The notes under the pieces: generated by a model | The model's input: only the letters and a program-made list of their open reading frames with translations | What the model was told of the DNA's origin: nothing | Database searches by the model: none | Shown here: one piece after another, positions 50,267 through 64,000 of the stretch | How the letters are laid out: each line of letters opens with the position of its first letter | How positions within the stretch are numbered: position 1 is the first letter of the stretch | Source: Malacoraja senta | Taxonomy: Eukaryota | Length of the DNA: 64,000 nucleotides | NCBI GenBank assembly: GCA_038087875.1 | Contig: CM075993.1 | Coordinates: 6,326,001 to 6,390,000, forward strand | Direction: 5' to 3' | Made by a program: the position numbers and the translations under genes

Positions 50267-53189
50267 ATATACATTTACAAAATGAATTGTACATTCATCC
50301 CCAGGAGCTCAATATTCCTTGCCAGCTTCCCATCTGCCAAATGACCATGTGGTCACCATCGCCATAAAACCATCTCTGGAAATGGGCCCAAATACCAAAT
50401 CTCAACATAGTCTGTGAACTTCAAAAGTCTCGCAGACTAAAAGCAAAGGTGGCTTTGGATCATGGTGGGCTGAGCCTCGGGGCAAGTGAGTTGAGGGCGT
50501 TATAGTGACGCAGCGGTAGAGTCGCTGCCTCACAGCGCCAGAGATTTTAGATGATCAGCCATGATCATATTGAATGGCGGTGCTGGCTCGAAGGGCCGAA
50601 TGGCCTACTCCTGCACCTATTTTTCTATCTTCTATGTTTCTACATCTTAAGGTTTCTACCTCTGCGGTGGTGCAGCGGTAGAGTTGCTGCCTTGCAGCGC
50701 CCGAGACCCAGGTTCGATCCTGACTACGGGTGCTGTCTGTACTGAGTTTGTACGTTCTCCCCGTGACCGTGTGGGCTTTTTCTCCGGGAGCTCAGGTCCC
50801 CTCCCACACTCCAAAGACGTGCAGGTTTGTAGGTTAATTGGCTTCTGTAAATTGTCCCCAGAGTGTGGGATAGAACTAGTGTATGGGTGATCGCGGACTC
50901 TGTGGGCCGAAGGGCCTGTTTCCACGCTGTTTCTCTAAACTAAACTAATCTTCAGTCAATACTGTGCAGGAAGGAACTGCAGAATCTGGTTTAAACTGAA
51001 GATAGACACAAAATGCTGGAGTAACTCAGCGGGACAGGCAGCATCTCTGGAGAGAAGGAATGGGTGACGTTTCGGGTCGGGACCCTTCTTCAGACCAACA
51101 CTGCTCTCTGTTCCCTGTGCAAGCACTGCCACCCAGTGTTACCACACTGAACTGCAGGTCCTAGCCTGGCCAAGCCTTAGTCCCAGGCTAAGCGATCGTA
51201 CAAAGCCCAAAGCCTTGTATAATATCCTCTGTTTACTAGTCCAGTGCACACTCGCCTATCTGTGGTTCCCAGTTTAAAAATTAGAAACTTTATTGTAAAT
51301 GCACCAAGCCGAGTGACGAGACAGACTCAAGGCCATCTTAAATTAGTTTGTTTGCTACTTACCCTTCCTAATTTATTTTATAATTGCAGAGTTTTGTGGA
51401 CGCAGTCTGAAGTCTGAAGTCTGAATCTGAAGAAGGGTTTCGGCCCGAAACGTTACCTATTTCGTTCGCTCCATAGATGCTGCTGCACCCGCTGAGTTTC
51501 TCCAGCATTTTTGTGTACCTTCCATTTCTACTGAATCCATCTACACCTCACGTTGCCTCGGCAAGGCCAGCAGCATAATGAAGGCCAAGTCATACTCAAG
51601 GACAGGCCCTTCAGCCCACCTCGTCCGCACCGACCTGCAGTCCCCTCACATTAACACTATCCCACACACACTAGGGGCAATTTACATTGATACCAAGCCA
51701 ATCAACCTACAAACCTGCACGTCTTTGGAGTGTGGGAGGAAACCGAAGGTCTCGGAGAAAACCCACGCAGGTCACGGGGAGAACGTGCAAACTCCGTACA
51801 GGCAGCACCCGCGCTGTAAGGCAGCAACTCTACCGCTGCGCCAGCGTGCCGCCCTTATCATTCATTATGATTCGTAGTAATCTGAAGAGTCTCCAATCCC
51901 TGAGATCAGGATATCCAACCGTTACCCCATTTTGTTAGAAATGTATTGATATTGTATCTGCTTGTGGTGGATTTGAAACTCTATTGATCCACACATTGAA
52001 AATAAACTAATCAAACAAAGTAACCATTAGCAAATATAATGTCAATACAGTTTTATCAAAATACGATAAGGTTTAGCTATGCTAATTTATATTCTAATAT
52101 CCCGTTTCTAGTCCATCCTCCGAGTCTAAACAGAATCCAGGAAGAAATCTTTGTCCTTTAACTATGGTGGCGCAACGGTAAAGTTGCTGCCTCACAGCGC
52201 CAGAGACCCGGGTTCGATCCCGACTACAGGTGCTGTCCGTACGGAGTTTGTACGTTCTCCCTGTGACCTGCATGGGTTTTTCTCCGGGATCGTCCGTTTC
52301 CTCCCACACTCCAGAGACGTACAGGTTTGTAGGTTAATTGGTTTGGTTTAAAGGTAAAAAATTGTCAGGGAAGAAACTGTCCCTGAATCTGGAGGTGTGT
52401 GTGTTGGGAGAGGGGAGAAGAGGGGAGTGAGACAGGTCCTTGATGATGCTGCTCGCCTTGCCGAGGCAGCGTGAGGTGTAGATGGAGTCAATGGAAGGGA
52501 GGCTGCTTTTGTAAGCTTCGATGAGGTCTACCTTCATTTTTCCACAGTTGTAGGTCTGTCTAAATCCAAAAAAAATTTGAAGTTGCTCAAGAACAAAAAC
52601 AAATCTGTCCCAGCACAATCCTTGGCCTAAATGGTCCACTGAGCCTTGCTGTTGATCCCAGTGGAGTGGGTCTGCAGTACCACCGTCGGACACTTGGTGG
52701 CAGTGCTTGCAAGGGAATGACAGATTCCAATGAATTCCTCCAGCCAACTAAAGTCATGTGTAGGAAGGAACTGCAGGTAGACACAAAAAGGTGGAGTAAC
52801 TCAGCGGGACAGGCAACATCTCTGGAGAGAAGGAATGGGTGACGTTTCGGGTCTGGACCCTTCTTCAGAATAAAATCTTGTCTGAAGAAGGGTCCCGACC
52901 CGAAATATCCCCCATCCATGTCCTCCAGAGATGCTGCCTGACCCGCTGAGTTACTCCAGCACTTTGTGTCTTTAAGGAGAGACATGTTGAGGCAAACCAG
53001 ATAAAATGTTAATAAGGATTGCGGCATGGTGGCGCAGCGGTAGAGTTGCTGCCTTACAGCGCCAGAGACCCGGGTTCGATCCCGACTACGGGTGCTGTCT
53101 GTACGGAGTTTGTACGTTCTCCCCGTGACCTGCGTGGGTTTTCCCCGAGATCTTCGGTTTCCCCCCACACCCCAAAGGCGTGCAGGTTT

Positions 53190-54320
53190 GAGGCATCAAG
53201 CAAGGCTGCGTCCTCGCTCCCACACTCTTTAGGATTTTCTTCGCTCTGCTCCTGAAACATGCCTTCGGCATTGCAGCAGAGGGGATCTACCTGGGTACTA
53301 AATCAGATGGCAGCCTCTTCAACCTCACCCGCCTCACAGCAAAGACAAAGGTACGTGAGGCTCTCATCAGAGACATGTTGTTTGCCGATGACGCCGCAGT
53401 CGTGTCCGACACCCAGCAGGAACTACAGTCACTGATGGATCGCTTCTATCGGGCATGCAAGGACTTTGGGCTGACCATCAGCCTGAAGAAGACGAACGTC
53501 TTGGGGCAGGATACAGAGGTGCCGCCTGTCATCACCATCGACGACTACGAACTCGATGCCGTCCATCAGTTCACGTACCTCGGCTCCACCATCACCGACA
53601 ACCTCCCCTTGGACACAGAGATTGATAAGAGGATCGTGAAGGCAGCTACAACTCTCGCCCGCCTCACAACTCGAGTGTGGACCAACCCAAAGCTGACGAT
53701 CAAGACAAAGACAGCAGTCTACAACGCCTGTGTCGACAGCACGCTGCTGTACGGCAGTGAGACATGGACTACATATGCCAGGCAGGAGAGAAGACTCAAC
53801 ACCTTCCACCTGAGAAGCATCCACTGGGCATATCCTGGCAAGACAGAGTGTCCAATGCCGAGATCCTGTCTCGCGCTGGCCTTCCCAGTATGTACTCTCT
53901 ACTCAGGCAGCGCAGACTGCGGTGGCTGGGCCATGTCCACCGTCTATGGAGAGCTGACATCTGGGAGGAGAACCATCGGCCGCCCCCAGCTACGTTACAA
54001 GGATGTCTGCAAGAGAGATATGAAGGCGCTCGACATGGATGTGGAGTCCTGGGAGAGCCTTGCAGCTGGCTACACGAGGTGGAGAGGTACCCTGAACCGA
54101 CATCTCAAAACGGGGGGAAGAGAAACTGTTGAACGCAGCAGCAGACAAGTGGGCGCGCAGAAAGGAGCACGGCAACTTCAACAAACCGGAGACCACACAC
54201 ACACACACACAAATGTGACCTTTGCCACAGAGACTGTCACTCCCGCATTGGTCTCTTCAGCCACAAGGGGCGCTGCTCTAGTCGAGGTTTGGAGCAAGCA
54301 GCCAACAACTAGGATGTGTC
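53190..54320 (+). mobile_element. 5'-truncated RTE-clade LINE (RT C-terminal part), frameshifted
   Basis: GIKQGCVLAP, LFADD, FGLTISLKKTNV, FTYLGSTI, LLYGSETWT, RLRWLGHV, GRPQLRYKD. Confidence 0.9.
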
Positions 54321-57300
54321 ACCCATGGTCAGTCATCGCTGGTCGGCGCGGACTAGGTGGGCCGAAGGGCCTGTTTCCGCGCTGTATCTTTAAACTAAAA
54401 AAAAACTGCCCTAGGGGAACTCAGCGGGTCCGGCAGCGTCAGGCTGGAGTTGAGAGGGATTGTGGAAACTGGGAGTGGGAATGGAGCATCGGGAATCGGA
54501 TCTGGAAGCTGGTGAGTGGGAAGAGAGTGAGTGAAGCAGGCATGTGTTACTGTAGATGGACACAAAATGCTGGAGTAACTCAGCGGGTCAGGCAGCATCT
54601 CTGGAGAGAAGGAATGGGTGACGTTTCAGGTCGAGACCCTTCTTCAGATTAGTCAGGGTTAAGGGAAAGGAGAGATATAGACGGTGATGTGGAGAGATAA
54701 AGAACAATGAATTAAAGATATGCAAAAAAAGTAACGATGATAAAGGAAACAGGCCGTTGTTAGCTGTTTGTTGGGTGGAAACGAGAAGCTGGTGCGACTT
54801 GGGTGGGGGAGGGATAGAGAGAGAGGGAATGCCGGGGCTACCTGAAGTGAGAGAAATCAATATTCATACCACTGGGCTGTAAGCTGCCCAAGCAAAATAT
54901 GAGATGCTGTTCCTCCAATTTGCCTTTAGCCTCACTCTGACAATGGAGGAGGCCCAGGACAGAAAGGTCTGTATGGGAATGGGAAGGAGAATTAAAGTGT
55001 TTGGCAACTGGGAGATCAGGTAGGTCCAGGCGGACTGAGCGAAGGTGTTCAGCGAAACGATCGCCCGGTCTACGCTTGGTCTCGCCGATGTATACGACTC
55101 TACACCTTGAACAACAGGTACAGTAGATGAGGTTGGAGGAGGTGCAAGCGAACCTCTGTCTAACCTGAAAGGACTGTCGGGGTCCCTGGACAGAGTCGAG
55201 GGAGGAGGTGTAGGGACAGGTGTTACACGTTTCGCCACCTCCAACGTGACCCCACCACTCGCCACATCTTCCCATCTCCCCCCATATCTGCCTTCTGCAA
55301 AGACCGCTCCCTCCGTAACTCCCTTGTCAATTCTTCCCTTCCCTCCCGTACCACCCCCTCCCCGGGTACTTTCCCTCGCAACCGCAAGAGATGCAACACT
55401 TGTCCCTTCACCTCCCCCCTCGACTCCATTCAAGGACCTAAGCAGTCGTTCCAGGTGCGACAGAGGTTCACCTGCATCTCCTCCAACCTCATCTATTGCA
55501 TCCGCTGCTCTAGATGCCAGCTGATCTACATCGGTGAGACCAAGCGGAGGCTTGGCGATCGTTTCGCCGAACACCTCCGGTCGGTGCGCAATAACCAACC
55601 TGACCTCAGCACTTCAACTCCCCCTCCCATTCTGTATCTGACCTCTCTGTCCTGGGTCTCCCCCATGGCCACAGCGAGCAACACCGGAAATTGGAGGAAA
55701 TGCACCTCATATTCCGCTTGGGCAGTCTACATCCTGGGGGCTTGAACATTGAATTCTCCCAATTCTGCTAGCCCTTGCTGTCCCCTCCCTTTCATCAGCC
55801 CTCTGGTTGTCTCCTCCCCTCAATAGTTTTTCCTCATCTCAGTCCTAAATGAGCTACCCCTTTTTTTTTTTTAACTGTGACCCCTGGTTCTGGACTCCCC
55901 CAACATGGGGAACATTTGTCCTGCATCTACCCTGTCCAATCCCTTAATAATCTTATTTAAATTTTTTTTTTTTTTTTTAAATTTTAAAGAAGATTGGTTA
56001 GAGATAAACAGCGGTACTCACACCAACCCTGTCTGCTCACAGAGATTTAGTTTAGTTTAGAGATACAGCGTGGTAAAAGGCCCTTCGGCCCACCGAGTCC
56101 GTGCCGACCAGCGATCCCCGCACATTAACACTATCCTACACACACTAGGGACAATTTACATTCATACCGAGCCAATTAACCTACAAACATGTACGCCTTT
56201 GGAGTGTGGGAGGAACGTGAAGATCTCAGAAAAAATCCACGCATGTCACAGGGAGAACGTACAGCCAGCACCCGTAGTCAGGATCGAACCCGGGTCTCTG
56301 GCGCTGTAAGGCAGCAACTCTACCGCTGCGCCACCATGCCACCATATACATTTACAAAATGAATTGTACATTCATCCCCAGGAGCTCAATATTCCTTGCC
56401 AGCTTCCCATCTGCCAAATGACCATGTGGTCACCATCGCCATAAAACCATCTCTGGAAATGGGCCCAAATACCAAATCTCAACATAGTCTGTGAACTTCA
56501 AAAGTCTCGCAGACTAAAAGCAAAGGTGGCTTTGGATCATGGTGGGCTGAGCCTCGGGGCAAGTGAGTTGAGGGCGTTATAGTGACGCAGCGGTAGAGTC
56601 GCTGCCTCACAGCGCCAGAGATTTTAGATGATCAGCCATGATCATATTGAATGGCGGTGCTGGCTCGAAGGGCCGAATGGCCTACTCCTGCACCTATTTT
56701 TCTATCTTCTATGTTTCTACATCTTAAGGTTTCTACCTCTGCGGTGGTGCAGCGGTAGAGTTGCTGCCTTGCAGCGCCCGAGACCCAGGTTCGATCCTGA
56801 CTACGGGTGCTGTCTGTACTGAGTTTGTACGTTCTCCCCGTGACCGTGTGGGCTTTTTCTCCGGGAGCTCAGGTCCCCTCCCACACTCCAAAGACGTGCA
56901 GGTTTGTAGGTTAATTGGCTTCTGTAAATTGTCCCCAGAGTGTGGGATAGAACTAGTGTATGGGTGATCGCGGACTCTGTGGGCCGAAGGGCCTGTTTCC
57001 ACGCTGTTTCTCTAAACTAAACTAATCTTCAGTCAATACTGTGCAGGAAGGAACTGCAGAATCTGGTTTAAACTGAAGATAGACACAAAATGCTGGAGTA
57101 ACTCAGCGGGACAGGCAGCATCTCTGGAGAGAAGGAATGGGTGACGTTTCGGGTCGGGACCCTTCTTCAGACCAACACTGCTCTCTGTTCCCTGTGCAAG
57201 CACTGCCACCCAGTGTTACCACACTGAACTGCAGGTCCTAGCCTGGCCAAGCCTTAGTCCCAGGCTAAGCGATCGTACAAAGCCCAAAGCCTTGTATAAT

Positions 57301-59264
57301 ATCCTCTGTTTACTAGTCCAGTGCACACTCGCCTATCTGTGGTTCCCAGTTTAAAAATTAGAAACTTTATTGTAAATGCACCAAGCCGAATGACGAGACA
57401 GACTCAAGGCCATCTTAAATTAGTTTGTTTGCTACTTACCCTTCCTAATTTATTTTATAATTGCAGAGTTTTGTGGACGCAGTCTGAAGTCTGAAGTCTG
57501 AATCTGAAGAAGGGTTTCGGCCCGAAACGTTACCTATTTCCTTCGCTCCATAGATGCTGCTGCACCCGCTGAGTTTCTCCAGCATTTTTGTGTACCTTCC
57601 ATTTCTACTGAATCCATCTACACCTCACGTTGCCTCGGCAAGGCCAGCAGCATAATGAAGGCCAAGTCATACTCAAGGACAGGCCCTTCAGCCCACCTCG
57701 TCCGCACCGACCTGCAGTCCCCTCACATTAACACTATCCCACACACACTAGGGGCAATTTACATTGATACCAAGCCAATCAACCTACAAACCTGCACGTC
57801 TTTGGAGTGTGGGAGGAAACCGAAGGTCTCGGAGAAAACCCACGCAGGTCACGGGGAGAACGTGCAAACTCCGTACAGGCAGCACCCGCGCTGTAAGGCA
57901 GCAACTCTACCGCTGCGCCAGCGTGCCGCCCTTATCATTCATTATGATTCGTAGTAATCTGAAGAGTCTCCAATCCCTGAGATCAGGATATCCAACCGTT
58001 ACCCCATTTTGTTAGAAATGTATTGATATTGTATCTGCTTGTGGTGGATTTGAAACTCTATTGATCCACACATTGAAAATAAACTAATCAAACAGTAACC
58101 ATTAGCAAATATAATGTCAATACAGTTTTATCAAAATACGATAAGGTTTAGCTATGCTAATTTATATTCTAATATCCCGTTTCTAGTCCATCCTCCGAGT
58201 CTAAACAGAATCCAGGAAGAAATCTTTGTCCTTTAACTATGGTGGCGCAACGGTAAAGTTGCTGCCTCACAGCGCCAGAGACCCGGGTTCGATCCCGACT
58301 ACAGGTGCTGTCCGTACGGAGTTTGTACGTTCTCCCCGTGACCTGCATGGGTTTTTCTCCGGGATCGTCCGTTTCCTCCCACACTCCAGAGACGTACAGG
58401 TTTGTAGGTTAATTGGTTTGGTTTAAAGGTAAAAAATTGTCAGGGAAGAAACTGTCCCTGAATCTGGAGGTGTGTGTGTTGGGAGAGGGGAGAAGAGGGG
58501 AGTGAGACAGGTCCTTGATGATGCTGCTCGCCTTGCCGAGGCAGCGTGAGGTGTAGATGGAGTCAATGGAAGGGAGGCTGCTTTTGTAAGCTTCGATGAG
58601 GTCTACCTTCATTTTTCCACAGTTGTAGGTCTGTCTAAATCCAAAAAAAATTTGAAGTTGCTCAAGAACAAAAACAAATCTGTCCCAGCACAATCCTTGG
58701 CCTAAATGGTCCACTGAGCCTTGCTGTTGATCCCAGTGGAGTGGGTCTGCAGTACCACCGTCGGACACTTGGTGGCAGTGCTTGCAAGGGAATGACAGAT
58801 TCCAATGAATTCCTCCAGCCAACTAAAGTCATGTGTAGGAAGGAACTGCAGGTAGACACAAAAAGGTGGAGTAACTCAGCGGGACAGGCAACATCTCTGG
58901 AGAGAAGGAATGGGTGACGTTTCGGGTCTGGACCCTTCTTCAGAATAAAATCTTGTCTGAAGAAGGGTCCCGACCCGAAATATCCCCCATCCATGTCCTC
59001 CAGAGATGCTGCCTGACCCGCTGAGTTACTCCAGCACTTTGTGTCTTTAAGGAGAGACATGTTGAGGCAAACCAGATAAAATGTTAATAAGGATTGCGGC
59101 ATGGTGGCGCAGCGGTAGAGTTGCTGCCTTACAGCGCCAGAGACCCGGGTTCGATCCCGACTACGGGTGCTGTCTGTACGGAGTTTGTACGTTCTCCCCG
59201 TGACCTGCGTGGGTTTTCCCCGAGATCTTCGGTTTCCCCCCACACCCCAAAGGCGTGCAGGTTT

Positions 59265-60395
59265 GAGGCATCAAGCAAGGCTGCGTCCTCGCTCCCACAC
59301 TCTTTAGGATTTTCTTCGCTCTGCTCCTGAAACATGCCTTCGGCATTGCAGCAGAGGGGATCTACCTGGGTACTAAATCAGATGGCAGCCTCTTCAACCT
59401 CACCCGCCTCACAGCAAAGACAAAGGTACGTGAGGCTCTCATCAGAGACATGTTGTTTGCCGATGACGCCGCAGTCGTGTCCGACACCCAGCAGGAACTA
59501 CAGTCACTGATGGATCGCTTCTATCGGGCATGCAAGGACTTTGGGCTGACCATCAGCCTGAAGAAGACGAACGTCTTGGGGCAGGATACAGAGGTGCCGC
59601 CTGTCATCACCATCGACGACTACGAACTCGATGCCGTCCATCAGTTCACGTACCTCGGCTCCACCATCACCGACAACCTCCCCTTGGACACAGAGATTGA
59701 TAAGAGGATCGTGAAGGCAGCTACAACTCTCGCCCGCCTCACAACTCGAGTGTGGACCAACCCAAAGCTGACGATCAAGACAAAGACAGCAGTCTACAAC
59801 GCCTGTGTCGACAGCACGCTGCTGTACGGCAGTGAGACATGGACTACATATGCCAGGCAGGAGAGAAGACTCAACACCTTCCACCTGAGAAGCATCCACT
59901 GGGCATATCCTGGCAAGACAGAGTGTCCAATGCCGAGATCCTGTCTCGCGCTGGCCTTCCCAGTATGTACTCTCTACTCAGGCAGCGCAGACTGCGGTGG
60001 CTGGGCCATGTCCACCGTCTATGGAGAGCTGACATCTGGGAGGAGAACCATCGGCCGCCCCCAGCTACGTTACAAGGATGTCTGCAAGAGAGATATGAAG
60101 GCGCTCGACATGGATGTGGAGTCCTGGGAGAGCCTTGCAGCTGGCTACACGAGGTGGAGAGGTACCCTGAACCGACATCTCAAAACGGGGGGAAGAGAAA
60201 CTGTTGAACGCAGCAGCAGACAAGTGGGCGCGCAGAAAGGAGCACGGCAACTTCAACAAACCGGAGACCACACACACACACACACAAATGTGACCTTTGC
60301 CACAGAGACTGTCACTCCCGCATTGGTCTCTTCAGCCACAAGGGGCGCTGCTCTAGTCGAGGTTTGGAGCAAGCAGCCAACAACTAGGATGTGTC
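59265..60395 (+). mobile_element. Duplicate of the RTE LINE fragment (part of the tandem duplication)
   Basis: ORF 59450-60727 has the same translation as ORF 53375-54652. Confidence 0.9.
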
Positions 60396-61301
60396 ACCCA
60401 TGGTCAGTCATCGCTGGTCGGCGCGGACTAGGTGGGCCGAAGGGCCTGTTTCCGCGCTGTATCTTTAAACTAAAAAAAAACTGCCCTAGGGGAACTCAGC
60501 GGGTCCGGCAGCGTCAGGCTGGAGTTGAGAGGGATTGTGGAAACTGGGAGTGGGAATGGAGCATCGGGAATCGGATCTGGAAGCTGGTGAGTGGGAAGAG
60601 AGTGAGTGAAGCAGGCATGTGTTACTGTAGATGGACACAAAATGCTGGAGTAACTCAGCGGGTCAGGCAGCATCTCTGGAGAGAAGGAATGGGTGATGTT
60701 TCAGGTCGAGACCCTTCTTCAGACTAGTCAGGGTTAAGGGAAAGGAGAGATATAGACGGTGATGGGGAGATAAAGAACAATGAATTAAAGATATGCAAAA
60801 AAGTAACGATGATAATGGAAACAGGCCATTGTTAGCTGTTTGTTGGGTGGAAACGAGAAGCTGGTGCGACTTGGGTGGGGGAGGGATAGAGAGAGAGGGA
60901 ATGCCGGGGCTACCTGAAGTGAGAGAAATCAATGTTCATACCACTGGGCTGTAAGCTGCACAAGCAAAATATGAGGTGCTGTTCCTCCAATTTGCCTTTA
61001 GCCTCACTCTGACAATGGAGGAGGCCCAGGACAGAAAGGTCAGTGTGGGAATGGGAAGGAGAATTAAAGTGTTTGGCAACTGGGAGATCAGGTAGGTCCA
61101 GGCGGACTGAGCGAAGGTGTTCAGCGAAACGATCGCCCGGTCTACGCTTGGTCTCGCCGATGTATAGGACTCTTCACCTTGAACAACAGGTACAGTAGAT
61201 GAGGTTGGAGGAGGTGCAAGCGAACCTCTGTCTAACCTGAAAGGACTGTCGGGGTCCCTGGGCAGAGTCGAGGGAGGAGGTGTAGGGACAGGTGTTACAC
61301 T

Positions 61302-62058
61302 TTTCGCCACCTCCAACGTGACCCCACCACTCGCCACATCTTCCCATCTCCCCCCATGTCTGCCTTCTGCAAAGACTGCTCCCTCCGTAACTCCCTTGTC
61401 AATTCTTCCCTTCCCTCCCGTACCACCCCCTCCCCGGGTACTTTCCCTTGCAACCGCAAGAGACGCAACACTTGTCCCTTCACCTCCCCCCTCGACTCCA
61501 TTCAAGGACCTAAGCAGTCGTTCCAGGTGCGACAGAGGTTCACCTGCATCTCCTCCAACCTCATCTATTGCATCCGCTGCTCTAGATGCCAGCTGATCTA
61601 CATCGGTGAGACCAAGGCGATCGTTTCGCCGAACACCTCCGGTCGGTCCGCAATAACCAACCTGACCTCCCGGTGGCTCAGCACTTCAACTCCCCCTCCC
61701 ATTCCGTATCTGACCTCTCTGTCCTGGGTCTCCTCCATGGCCACAGCGAGCAACACCGGAAATTGGAGGAAATGCACCTCATATTCCGCTTGGGCAGTCT
61801 ACATCCTGGGGGCTTGAACATTGAATGCTCCCAATTCTGCTAGCCCTTGCTGTCCCCTCCCCTTCATCAGCCCTCTGGCTGTCTCCTCCCCTCCCCCAGC
61901 CCTCGGGCTCCTCCTCCGCCTTTTTTCCTTTTTTCCTTTCTTCTCCCCACCCCCTATCAGTCTGAAGAAGGGTTTCGGCCTGAAACGTTGCCTATTTCCT
62001 TCGCTCCATAGATGCTGCTGCACCCGCTGAGTTTCTCCAGCATTTTTGTCTACCTTCA
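61302..62058 (+). mobile_element. Penelope-like 3' fragment with complete 3' terminal repeat
   Basis: ORF 61356-61817 (PCNRKRRNTCPF...YIGETK), then CTGAAGAAGGG...GAAACGTTG and the terminal repeat. Confidence 0.88.
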
Positions 62059-62284
62059 GGTGTTACTGTAGTTCTGTACAAGTGAAAAGCAGCTGCAGTT
62101 CCATCCTTCGCCTTCGGGTGTCAGCATTGCTCCACCTTGGACTCTCTCCAGCTCTCGTTCCCAATATGGCAGTGTAGCCTTTCTGTTGCAGAGACACAGA
62201 GTCTTACAGCATGGAAACAGGCCCTTCAGCCCAACCTGTCCATGCTGACCAAGATGCCCCGTCTGCCTTAGTCATGTTCATTCC

Positions 62285-62750
62285 TAGCTGATCTATCTCA
62301 CCCTCCTAACCCCATTCTCCTGCCTTCTCTCCATAACCCCTGACACCCGCACTAACCAAGAATCTATCTGTCTCTGCCTTAAAAATATCCACTGACTTGG
62401 CCCCCACAGCCGTCCGTTGCAAAGAATTCCGCAATTCACCACCCTCTGACTAGAGAAATTCCTGCTCATCTCCTTCCCAAAGGAACGTCCTTTAATTCTG
62501 AGGCTGTGACCTCTAGTCCTAGACTCTCCCACCAGTGGAAACATCCTCTCCACATCCACTCTATCCAGGCCTTTCACTATCCTGTGTCAATGAGGCCCCC
62601 CCCTCATCCTTCTAAACTCCGGCGAGTACAGGCCCAGTGCCTTCAAATGCTCATCGTAGGTTAACCCACTTATTCCTGGGATCATTCTCGTAAACCTCCT
62701 CTGGACCCTCTCCAGGGCCAGCACATCCTTCCTCAGATACAGGGCCCAAA
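62285..62750 (-). mobile_element. CR1 LINE 3' fragment
   Basis: ORFs 62293-62577 and 62587-62799 (LERVQRRFTRMIPG, RTRGHSLRIKG). Confidence 0.88.
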
Positions 62751-64000
62751 GAGTCCAATACGCCAAAAAGTCCCTCCTGCCCGCGCGCGTTTGGCCCATG
62801 TCCTGTCTCGAACTTTCCTATCCACGTACCTGTCCCAATGTTGTTTAAATGCTGTGACAATACCTGCCTCAACTACCTCCTCTAGCTCCACATACCCGCC
62901 ACCCTCTCTGTGAAAAAGTTGCCCCTCAGGTTCCCATTGAATCTTTACCCTCTCACTTTAAACTCTTGGTTCTTTTTTTCTTGGTTCGCGGTCTCTGGCT
63001 AAAAGACTCGGTGCATTCACACTATCTAATTCCCCTCATGATCTTAAACACCTCTATAAACTCCTATAAAGGTGCTGTCCGTACGGAGTTTGCACGTTCT
63101 CCCCGTGACCTGCGTGGGTTTTCTCTGAGATCTTCGGTTTCCGCCCACACTCCAAAGACGTTCAGGTATGTAGGTTAATTGGCTTGGTGTGTGTGTAAAA
63201 TTGTCCCGAGTGTGTGTAGGATAGTGTTAGGGGCCTGTCCCACCTGGGCGTCATTCGCCCGTCACGCAGGTGGCGCACGAAGATGTTGTGAATCCCATAA
63301 TACTGGGTGCCGTGCGCTGCCTACGTCACCACGCACCATGCGCGCGTCGTGTGTCGTGACGCATAAACGATGTTGCGTAAATGAAGCGCCCTTTAATGTG
63401 CGGGGATCGCTGGTCGGTGCGGACTTGGTGGGCCGAAGGGCCTGATTCCGTGCTGTATCTCTAAACTAAACTAAAACTGAACTAGCTTGCCGAACATCTC
63501 TCCAGGGATGATATAGTGTGTGTGGCGGAGCCTAATGGCAGCGGCTCAACTGCAGTCCGTTTGTCTTTTTTTAATTTTTGTCTCGTTAAATGTAGTTGTT
63601 TGTGGGTTTTTTTATACTGTTTTTAATTGTGTATATGTGGGGGGTGGGGGGGGAGGGGGAAACTTAAAAAAATCTCTTCCCTGTATGGGAGACCCGACAT
63701 TTTCCCTGTCGGGTCTCCGTTGTCGTTGGGGCCTAGCTCCGTGGAGCTGCCTCCGACCGGGACGACCTGGGGGCTCCAGTCGCGGAGCCTGCGGAGCTGC
63801 GGACTTACCATCGTGGGGCTGGCCGTCCTCGGAGCGTGGGGAGCGGTGGTGGCTCGCTGCTGCGGCCCGACTCCGGAGCTCAAGCTGCAGACCGGTGGAC
63901 AGTGATATCGGGAGCTCGCGGGTCCGGGTGAGAGACCGCTTTACGGAGCTCCCGCAACGCAACTTCTCCCGCCCGTGTCGCGGGGTTGGAACGACCCGGA

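Larger units (their letters stand above)
47881..61873. repeat. Tandem segmental duplication, period ~6075-6077 bp, at least 2.3 copies, extending into the gap
   Basis: ORF pairs offset by 6077 (48318/54395) and 6075 (53375/59450). Only scattered SNPs and a 2-bp indel until ~60690, more diverged after that. Confidence 0.95.

Noticed and set aside
53375..54652. 425-aa ORF as an intact gene (also 59450-60727)
   Set aside because: It is a chimeric read-through of a frameshifted RTE RT fragment into SINE and Penelope sequence.
37833..64000. Search for the upstream RBPMS2 exon (GYEGSLIKLT..Q)
   Set aside because: Not found by eye. It probably lies beyond the window or in the gap, so exon loss is not claimed.

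Overview
Repeat-dense vertebrate genomic DNA. The repeat complement (HE1-type V-SINEs with CR1-derived tails, CR1, Penelope, RTE, Rex1) points to a cartilaginous fish, probably a skate or ray; this is inference. The window lies inside a minus-strand RBPMS2 gene. Three coding exons with canonical splice sites and matching phases lie at 37770-37832, 29760-29910 and 18492-18640; the upstream exons and the terminal GWKxRQFC exon were not found. The introns hold a full-length DIRS1-type retrotransposon (8958-13662) with perfect ITR/ICR cis-elements but broken ORFs, PIF/Harbinger MITEs, a hAT MITE, a 1.25-kb compound (CA)n tract, a ~6.08-kb tandem duplication beside an assembly gap, and two 200-N gaps. 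The most interesting signal is a set of tiny non-coding retroposons headed by HDV-like ribozyme folds. One is a 194-bp family (26317-26510, second copy 20771-20960, with a compensatory base-pair change). Another is a 133-bp element (6160-6292). In the 26317 and 6160 copies the 5' end falls exactly at the predicted ribozyme G1, next to a target-site duplication. A third candidate is an RTE-derived element at 5481. All four copies are antisense to RBPMS2. The window also has many Penelope-derived minimal hammerhead motifs in fold-back pairs, and a CAC cluster plus candidate poison exon that suggests RBPMS2 autoregulation. All structures were folded by eye; no activity is demonstrated.
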